Shown one piece after another: positions 54,301-61,900 of a DNA stretch of 64,000 nucleotides; the stretch's first letter is position 1; each line of letters begins with the position of its first letter. The notes under the pieces were generated by a model. It saw only the letters and a list, made by a program, of their open reading frames with translations, was not told the origin of the DNA and did no database searches. The stretch comes from a virus: positions 42,605 to 106,604 of the IMG/VR virus record IMGVR_UViG_3300042882_000890. One strand, given 5' to 3'. The position numbers and the translations under genes were made by a program.

Positions 54301-56163
54301 GAATGACTTGGATTCAACTAGAGGATTACCTTCTGTTTTTTGTATTGTATCAGGTACCCCGTTGTTATCTATATCCCAACTATTAACGTTTCCTGGAGCA
54401 AAAGTATTTTGTCCACTAGCTTGGTTATTTATGATTGGTGTTGGATTAGGCTGTGGTTTAGGTAATGGTTGACCATACTCATCTAACTCAGCGGTTCCTG
54501 CTAATTGGTATTTTGGTAATTGATAACCACCGTTACCGTGTACATTCTCATACATACTATAGGCAATAGCTACAGCTTGTTTTTGAGGATAGCCTTCTCT
54601 TACTAACGTAGATATTTTATCACTTATCCAGTCACTTTTTTGTCCACCTTTTCTAAACTCTGGTGTATCCCCTAATAAAAATTGATTAAAAGTCTTTTTG
54701 CCTCTTATGTTTCTATTAAAGGCTGAATTTGTTGTATTGTCCATATTATTTTGTTTACTGTTTGAAGGTCTTGTTTGTCTACTGTTTGAAGGTCTTTTAT
54801 TCCCCATGTCTGATAAAATACCGTTTTTTTGGGCTTCTATTAGAAGGTCGTGTTTACTTTCTTCTGTGATTGGAAGCGTTCCTACTACACTTCCCACAAA
54901 ATTATTATATAAATCAGATGCGTGTTCTTTAAAACTATTAGGTGAGTTCACTTCATGTGCTAATCCTGCAAGATTGGTCATTGCTATATTAGCAGATAAA
55001 CCCCCCGGTAAAGCATTAGCCCAACTAGGTAATATAGAAGATGTAGCAGCTGCACTTGAAGAGTGTCTTATAGCATCTAATCCTCCATTGTGTATACCAG
55101 TTCTTATACCTTTCTGCTTGGCTCTTTCCATAGCTCTTTTTGTTACTGGGTCTACGTACTTGCTTAAAAGCTGTCTTTCTAAGCTGGGGTTTATTTTACT
55201 TTTACCCCCTGTTTGATAACGAGGAATTAACTTTCTTGTATCTCCTGATTCTTCAGATAATTGTCTTAATGATTCATTGTTTTCAGGATACCATTTATAA
55301 TTAGTTTGACTCTTTCCATTGTTTACAATATCTTCTACATCATAGTATTCAGGTATTCTTACAACAGGTCTTAATCCTGACATGTCAGCACTTAATTCTA
55401 TATCACTTTGTATTAAACCTTCTGGTTTTAAATTGTTTTGTATTGATTTTATAGGTTGTCTAGAAACTTGGGGTGGTTCAATATAAACAATATCATATTT
55501 ACTTGGTTTTTCGTTTTTTCTATAAAACATGTTTTTTAAATCTCCTTCATATCTACCTTTAGCTATTTCAGGTGTTAAAGGTGTCCAGCTTGTATTAGCA
55601 GGTTTTACTATTACTTGTTGTTGTTGTGGTTTTTTAAATACAGGTATATACGTATCTTTTTTTCTATCAGAAAAAATTATACTAGTAGGTTTTATGTTTG
55701 ATTTTTTTACATCTTCATCATAATATTTTTTTAAAGCTTCTTTGTATTCTTTAGAATTTTTATTAGAATTTACTGTTTTTTTAAATTTTTTATCTGATGC
55801 CCATGGTTCTTTAAATCTTGATGATGTATGATTATATAACTTTAAACTATCCTGATAAGCTGTATATCTAGGGTCATTTTCTGATTCTACATATATTTTT
55901 TTACCACCTGCTTGGAAAAATGGTATTTCCTCTACATAAGATGCCCCTTTAAATTTATATTCCCCCCCAGGTTGCATAACCAGACCATTTCCCATAGGAT
56001 TACCGTTTTGGTCTAAAGGAGTGGCATATACTGGGTAAGGCGTATTAGCCATGGTTATATCCTCACTTGGTATATAGTTTACAGGATTTTTCTCTGTATC
56101 ATATCCAGGAGTATACCCTGTTTTGTTGATAAGGTTACGCTTCTTTTTTTGGCTCCTTTTCAT
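51367..56163 (-). CDS. modular virion protein / candidate polyprotein with repeated xxxGG junctions (1598 aa)
   Basis: About 18 [FYMW/K]-x-x-GG motifs separate small domains, plus four Q/M-rich helical repeats. Confidence 0.75.
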   Translation of the reverse strand: MKRSQKKKRNLINKTGYTPGYDTEKNPVNYIPSEDITMANTPYPVYATPLDQNGNPMGNGLVMQPGGEYKFKGASYVEEIPFFQAGGKKIYVESENDPRYTAYQDSLKLYNHTSSRFKEPWASDKKFKKTVNSNKNSKEYKEALKKYYDEDVKKSNIKPTSIIFSDRKKDTYIPVFKKPQQQQVIVKPANTSWTPLTPEIAKGRYEGDLKNMFYRKNEKPSKYDIVYIEPPQVSRQPIKSIQNNLKPEGLIQSDIELSADMSGLRPVVRIPEYYDVEDIVNNGKSQTNYKWYPENNESLRQLSEESGDTRKLIPRYQTGGKSKINPSLERQLLSKYVDPVTKRAMERAKQKGIRTGIHNGGLDAIRHSSSAAATSSILPSWANALPGGLSANIAMTNLAGLAHEVNSPNSFKEHASDLYNNFVGSVVGTLPITEESKHDLLIEAQKNGILSDMGNKRPSNSRQTRPSNSKQNNMDNTTNSAFNRNIRGKKTFNQFLLGDTPEFRKGGQKSDWISDKISTLVREGYPQKQAVAIAYSMYENVHGNGGYQLPKYQLAGTAELDEYGQPLPKPQPNPTPIINNQASGQNTFAPGNVNSWDIDNNGVPDTIQKTEGNPLVESKSFDKNIFGEEGAKEKEKSDVAPLDVKGEQPFQFFNPYSGFDIPTAASTLGSSIESGDTLGIVGSGLKLATGLARNFLGGMGQERRKNYMTQQSYEKQREGMTGEGREKPLGRFGGYYQEGGMQPGMEEGMEQQGQEQQIMGEVAQMLQQGADPQQVIQQLVQMGIPEEQAVQMVEAVMQEIQGSTPQLKRGGMMYYKDGGEDEEDEEGYGYEYEEEPNYMINKPSLMGKQQNFTQRELATSPAIESAVEATSSTKEEETPSYDKNSARDTWVAKTGMPWSEAKRLGYTSGTAKDNMKLLSELNDPRFKKEYLRKSSPKGEKTYNGGQLKEVVVTRPKKNNYVDPYKGWYNDSEGDLRNAKGVMVGLDGKPLNFLERNFSSSITLPPLDDSGRRMPRLRANATAEEANAYHLAQYKNKIKRQKELEDVWGKIPSSTPFIKYQDGGDYDTYDEKSFKDNDMVRHSGGNTGLTKSEVNSLAKQYKMSPQEFLNIISYGKPGEGMSTKRELSLEGSDKYLPTNWREEYKKTKPSSTGFRGTLNRGLDYIGVEPMFYDGGYYQDGGEQQIAQQVAQAMQQGMQPQEAMAMLMESGMTEDQAIQLVQAIMEQVQQQGQQMEEGTPQMRRGGEMIKRKDGSYSRRGLWDNIRDNAGSGKEPTKEMLEQERKIKANKKEMGGYMYAEGGINNPGFKALPKEVQAKIMSNMYQEGGMEPEADPAQEMMQQVAQMLQQGAQPEEVLQMLVEAGIPEDQAIQLVQAVMQQMQAPQDTPQMRDGGGIPERYKNDGFTKVGVKRQSTRPGKKWMVLAKKGDQYKVVHGGDSKMKDFSQHGSEDRKKNFWNRMGGKDSAKANDPFSPLYWHKKFGTWQEGGEMMEDDMEEENEGMENESAMSEQIEDQVEQALKQGADPQQILQQLVQMGMPEEEAMQMIQEILQEMQGGEEEEEEGTPQMSKGGKYMRALVGKTIKNYTYNPKTDSYIVSYE
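51505..53900 (-). repeat. four dispersed ~45-aa Gln/Met-rich repeats (V.QMLQQGA.P..V..QLV..G.PE.QA.Q.V)
   Basis: Copies near 53760-53900, 52470-52620, 52025-52160 and 51505-51640. 29-nt identity between 52043-52071 and 52502-52530. Confidence 0.85.
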
Positions 56164-56173
56164 TATGTTTTAA

Positions 56174-58879
56174 TTAAAGTTTTTTTGCTTTTTTTAGTTC
56201 AGATTTCCACTTAGCAACATTTTTATTTAGTAGTAAATTGTCTGAAGTTGTTTTGTAGGATTTTTTACCGTCTGATACATCAAAAATATTAGAGAAGTTA
56301 AGTACCTTATTAGTATAATCTACATCATAAGTTTTTGCCCAATCTTCTACTTTTTTACCATTTACTACACGACCCATACTGCTGTTGTAGTTTGTTACAG
56401 CTCTGTATAGTGCATCTTTTTTACTAAATCCTTTATTTAAGAATTTTTTATAATCCCTAGAAACCTTATACATTGTAGTTAAAGATACTTTGTCCTCATC
56501 ATTGAAATTATCTTTTGTGATTCCTATTTCTGTCAAATCATCGTTTCCAAAATTGGTTTCGTATTTCATTTGACCTGCACCTTTTGATACTTCATCTTTT
56601 TTGTATCCTACAGCTTTAAAGCCTGTGGCTACTGCTCTTTTTGTACCCGTAGTATATAGCTCATTTGTACCAAAATCTGACTCTTGACCTAAAATACCTA
56701 AAGAAGCTTTTGCTAAAGAGTTGTATTCGTCATCTCCTAAATTGAATACCTTTGATAAAGCTTTTTTATTTTTAGAATCATTCAAAGGTTTTATATAGTA
56801 GTTTTCTAGTTTCTCTTTTGCTGATTTAGAAGTAAAGCGGTTGTTATAATCTCCAGAAGAGAGGATTGCTGATTTTTTAGGGTCTATTCTTATAGCTAAG
56901 TCTTCTCTAATAATCTTCTTTTCTCCACTTTCTACAGCTTCGTATTTTGGTCTAAAGGCGTGTTTTACTGTAAAATTATGAATGCCGGTTGTATTATTTT
57001 TTACTAGTTCTCTATATTCTCTACCTTGCCAGTTATCTTTTGAGCCAGTGTGGTTATTATGTAGTATATAATAACTACCATCTGGGTTTACTTTATCTAC
57101 AATACCTACGTGAGTTGTACCTGTACCTGCTGCATCTGCCTCTCTTTGATAAGCACTACTACCTCCAGTATACATAGTAACTACGTCTCCGGGTTTTACA
57201 GTTTTTCTGTCTACTTCTTTACCTCCTTTAGTAGTTATGTTCTTACCAATATCCCAAGCATTACCATAAAGTCCTGTCTTAGTATTCCACTCTTGCCTAG
57301 ATACATTTGGTTGAATATTTCTAAATAACTCATTTTGAGCATACTCAGAGCATTGTCCTTCTGTACACTGTCCTAATAGTCCTTCTCCTTCTTTAAAACT
57401 ATGGTAGTTTGGGTTTGATAAGTTCTTATTGTACTCTTGGACTGCTTTTAAGGTTACTTTACCAATCTTACCATCAATACCTTGATTTTCAAACTTACCT
57501 TCTGGGTTTAAGTTATACCCTTGGTCTACTAAAAAGCTTTGTAGTTTTTTTCTTTCTGCGACTGTTTTGTAGTTAGACAGTCCTATACCTAAGTCAATGT
57601 CTTTATTCTCTATTGTATCTTCTAGTGTAGCTTTACTTGCTAATTCTTTTGAGTACTGGTCTAAATCGTTTAACGTAGTTTTTTCTTTATACTCTTTCTT
57701 TTTTGCTTGGGCTTCTATGTTTCTTTTTACTGGGGCTTCTAAGTTTGATAAGTTATCTCTTTTTGTAGTTTTATAGAGATTCTCTTTATTTTGGTTAATG
57801 ACTTCATCTACCGTTTTTTTCTTGTATTCAAACTTTGGTATTAATGGCTTCTTAGTTCCAGGTTTAGGTTTACCTTCGTCTTCTGTCTCAGTGTCTGCCT
57901 CTAACTCTACATCTGAATAGGTGTCTACAAAATCTCCTCCTTCTTCAAATCTTTTCAAGATTTTATTGAACTTTGTATAATCTATTCCACCTTGAACTCC
58001 ACCTTCTTCAAAATAGCTTGGTGCTTGTTGTGCTTGAATTTCTGGTAATTCCGGCATATACAATTGATATCCGGATTGTTGTGCGGCATAGTTTTGACCT
58101 TGTGCAAATTCTTGTTGTTGCTGTTGTGTTCTTTGGAAGTCCTCCATAAAGTTCTTCTCTTGCTGGGCTTGTGCTAACTCTTGTTTGGCAACATTTCCTT
58201 CGTTGTCTTCTTTAGACTCCTCTGTTTCGTAATAATCATTGGCTGACATATACTCCCCAGAGTTTTCGTTTAGTCTTATTGTGCTATCTACGTAGTAGTC
58301 ACCTAAAGGTTGTTCATCTTCTTGGTATTTTTGAGTTTCTTTTATAGGTTCCTCTGTATAATAGCCCTCTTCTGCATCTTTGAAATCATAAGGTTTTTTT
58401 AAAGTGTCTTTAAACACATTTTTTAAATGCTCTAGCTTTTTAGCTTTTTGATTCCTATAAACTCCTTTTCCTGATGTAGTTGGAAGTGATGCCCAAACTG
58501 GGGATGCTAAATGTGTGGCAGAGTTAAAATCTCCCTCTAAAAGTTTTTTTAGTGAACCACTTTTTCTTAATAGTTCTACCGCAGCTATATCTTGAGACTG
58601 CCTAGAAAAATCATTTAGTCCTAAATCTCTAGAAAGCCCTTCCCAAGTTGAATTTAAAAATTGATACGCTCCTTCTGCTGATGAGTAATCTTTAATAGAA
58701 GGTATCCAAACTTTTTTACCTGGTTTTTTGTCTAAATTATTAAAATATGTATACCCTACTCTTGTGTTATAACCTCTATCATTGTCTGTACCTTCTGCAT
58801 TACGTATAACACGTAGCATAGCTTGTACCTCCGGCTTTCTTAATAATTCTAAATTTTCTTTGTATCTACTTGTAGCCAT
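56174..58879 (-). CDS. virion-associated multi-domain peptidoglycan hydrolase (lambda-R-type lysozyme, PG-binding, CHAP-like, SLT-like)
   Basis: IRNAEGT..SSAEGAYQF..FS..SQD..WASLP; LQSFL..G..DGKIG..T; QCSEYA..GNAW..PGD..HVGIV; GQESDFG..KGAGQMK..YN. Confidence 0.85.
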   Translation of the reverse strand: MATSRYKENLELLRKPEVQAMLRVIRNAEGTDNDRGYNTRVGYTYFNNLDKKPGKKVWIPSIKDYSSAEGAYQFLNSTWEGLSRDLGLNDFSRQSQDIAAVELLRKSGSLKKLLEGDFNSATHLASPVWASLPTTSGKGVYRNQKAKKLEHLKNVFKDTLKKPYDFKDAEEGYYTEEPIKETQKYQEDEQPLGDYYVDSTIRLNENSGEYMSANDYYETEESKEDNEGNVAKQELAQAQQEKNFMEDFQRTQQQQQEFAQGQNYAAQQSGYQLYMPELPEIQAQQAPSYFEEGGVQGGIDYTKFNKILKRFEEGGDFVDTYSDVELEADTETEDEGKPKPGTKKPLIPKFEYKKKTVDEVINQNKENLYKTTKRDNLSNLEAPVKRNIEAQAKKKEYKEKTTLNDLDQYSKELASKATLEDTIENKDIDLGIGLSNYKTVAERKKLQSFLVDQGYNLNPEGKFENQGIDGKIGKVTLKAVQEYNKNLSNPNYHSFKEGEGLLGQCTEGQCSEYAQNELFRNIQPNVSRQEWNTKTGLYGNAWDIGKNITTKGGKEVDRKTVKPGDVVTMYTGGSSAYQREADAAGTGTTHVGIVDKVNPDGSYYILHNNHTGSKDNWQGREYRELVKNNTTGIHNFTVKHAFRPKYEAVESGEKKIIREDLAIRIDPKKSAILSSGDYNNRFTSKSAKEKLENYYIKPLNDSKNKKALSKVFNLGDDEYNSLAKASLGILGQESDFGTNELYTTGTKRAVATGFKAVGYKKDEVSKGAGQMKYETNFGNDDLTEIGITKDNFNDEDKVSLTTMYKVSRDYKKFLNKGFSKKDALYRAVTNYNSSMGRVVNGKKVEDWAKTYDVDYTNKVLNFSNIFDVSDGKKSYKTTSDNLLLNKNVAKWKSELKKAKKL

Positions 58880-58882
58880 ATA

Positions 58883-58918
58883 AAAAATTTGCCCCTAAAA
58901 ATTAAATTAGAGGCAAAA
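58883..58918 (-). terminator. intrinsic terminator overlapping the promoter -7 box
   Basis: Minus strand TTTGCCTCTA...TAGGGGCAAA followed by T6. Confidence 0.6.
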
Positions 58919-58944
58919 TTACTAAAAATTATTGTAACTTCAAA
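58914..58944 (-). promoter_or_regulatory. Bacteroidota primary-sigma promoter
   Basis: Minus strand TTTG-N19-TAATTTTG. Confidence 0.65.
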
Positions 58945-58956
58945 ATTAGTTAAATT

Positions 58957-61900
58957 TTATGTGTTCTGAGATTCGTTTAACACAAACTTTAATGTTAGAC
59001 TAAATCTACTGTCGGCATCATAAGTCAACCTGTTTAAGAACCAGTCTCCTTCCATTTTTTTAAGTGGGTTAATACCGTAGAATTTAATTACTGCTGGATT
59101 AGGTTGCTTGTCAATCTGGTTCTTATCTTGAAGTAAGAATGGTATGTTAGTCGTGTTGTACTTAATCCTATTAAAGATATAATCATAAGTAAACTGGAAG
59201 TTATCCTTATTGGTAATCAATATGTTTTGCGTATTATTTTGATTTGTTTTAGGATAGTTTTTTGTGTTAGCTAAGTTTGGCTTTTGTATATCTAGTATTA
59301 GTTGACCTGAGCATCCTACATTGTTGTAAATCAGAGATTTATTAAATGTTAAGTCAGGTGTTACAGAGAAATCGTAATCATTACTATACCTTTTTGCTTC
59401 CGTCCATAGCTTAATCCCTTTTAACCTTTTTGTCGTATACTCAGCTTTTATAGGATATTCAACAGTGAATGATTTCTTTTTACCATAAAATACTTGGTAT
59501 GATTTGTTTGTTAGTAAGTGAGACCATAAGCCTAATTCTGAACTGTCTACTGCGTTATTCCTACCTGTTTGGAAGTAAGTATTGTGACTGATGTAGTAGT
59601 TAGGGTAAAAGCTGTAAAAACTCATCCATGAACCTGTATTCAAAGAAAAAGCTATAGTCCAAGATACATCCTCAAAGTAGTTAGTGTTCGTCACGCTTAC
59701 TGGTGTTACTACAGTCTCTTGCTCTGGTGTGCCTCTGCCTGTAACTTCTACACATACATATCCTACGCCTTCCACAAATTCTACACAAGGTTTAGGTATA
59801 TAGTCTTTTTTAGTTATAAAGATTCTTCTGTATCTACTATCCCACCCCATTGTGATACCAACTCCATTATATGGATTGTCTATATCTGCATTTGGTATAG
59901 ATTTTAGTATCTTGAAAGGTAAGTGCTCTTTGAACCAGTTTCTCATTCCACTAGGTCTGTTTCCAATTGAAGTAGATATTTCTTGAATGCCGCCACTGTT
60001 TGGTGGTACCATTAATACTTGACCTCTTTTTGCATCTACCCAAAAATGACCTGCTTCACAAGAAATACTTGCAAAATTTTGAGTTCCACCATACCCTATC
60101 TTAGCATTAACAAAAGATGTGCTAGCTCTTTGGAAAAACATATTTCCTCCTAAAACTGTTGCAGTTATTGCTGAACCGGTATCTATTTTTGTGTCTATCT
60201 TATTATACAATACAGAAGTGTTGTCAAATCTAGTTAGTATAGCTCCACTTTCTACATCTATTATGTCTTTAAGTTTCCCGTAATTAGAGGGGAACTCAAA
60301 CGTGTCTAAAGGTCTATATATTAACCATGGGTCGTATATCGAGTTTTCTGTACTGTCTCTTAAACTAGCCATTATACCATTTGGCATATCTTGTACGCAA
60401 TCATCAAACTCTTTATTATAGGTAGGACTTAAAGTTCTACTTCTTATAAAAGTTGAGCTTTTTGAGTATACTGTGTTGTATTTAAAGATGTTTGGTTCTC
60501 TTATTGGTACCACACTTTCTTGTGTCCACTCTCCTAAATCTCCGCAAACAGGGTAAAAGCTTTCTCTTTTTTCTTTGCCGGAATATCTATAGTTGGTATT
60601 TATACGTGTTTCTGTTAAAAAGTTTGGTACACCATAGTAGTACAAATAAAACTTAGATGGTGGCACAAAGTAGTTACCAGAACTAGTCCTGTTATCAAAG
60701 CTAAAATCACTGCTTATATCTGGGAAAGCTTTACCACTACTGCTAAAATCTTTGTTTTGTTCGTAGCTAACATAGTACTTAGGGTTTCTACCTATATTGC
60801 TGTAGTAGAAATAGTTAAAAGGTGTTAAATCAGCTTGTTTCATAGCTGTAACTAAGAACAGTGGTATCTTTCTTTTAAAACTGTGTCTTGTTATAAATGT
60901 ATCGCCACCAAAAATAGGTAGTACTTCTACACAACTATCATTTATATTTGTTAGAGAGCCTACAAAAGATGTGGTAAGCCATTTTATAGAGTTTATTGTA
61001 TTGTACTGAGATGGTAAATAGTTTTTTAAAGCTACATAAGGGGATGCGATGTCTTTTGCAATTTCAGGGCTTCTGCCTATTGAGTTCAAACTAGACAAAA
61101 ACATTGTGGTTAAACTAGAATTATTTTTGTCATGTGTTTTGTAATAATCTGGGTAATTTACTAGAGACTTGCCTGTTGACAATATTACTGTCTTTTCTCT
61201 GTCTATATTATTAACCTTAAAAGTTTCTCTAGTAACTTCATTTGTTACATTATACCTTCCATCGCCTAGGTATTTTGCAATGTTTAAGGCTCTTAAATTA
61301 GAACCTCTCTTTGTTTCTGTATTCATATAGTTATAAAAACCCTCTGAATAATAGTAGTAGGCAAAATTTTGTGGGGCACCTAAATCTCTAAATATTTTTA
61401 GCCACTCATATCTATATCTTCCATACTTATAAACAATAGCGGTTGCGGTCTGTGCAACAAGTACAAGTGCGGCTCCTACTATACCTCCTGGGAAAACAGT
61501 ATTTGCGAAACCTATTACCCAGTTTGTGTTTGATATAGATTCTGCTACAGACATTGCTATTTCAGCTATAACTTCGAGTGTTGCTAAAGATGCGGCTAAA
61601 TTATAAGCAGAGCCAGATAGTATAACCCATCTTGGGTGTTGTCTTACTTCGTCAAAATAACCACTAGAGTTTCCAAACATATAGCCTTGAATAGACATCT
61701 CAGAAGGTAACGTAGGTTTCCCATAATCTGTTTCAGGAGAATGGAATGTATAATTTCTGTTTGAATTACCCCAAACTACTCCTTCGCTATCTATGGTTGT
61801 AATACTATCCAAGTTCAATACGTCTTTAGAGTAAGTATTGTATGGATAGTTGGAGTAGAAAACCTGTCTACCTCTTTCATTATACCTACGCATATCAAAA

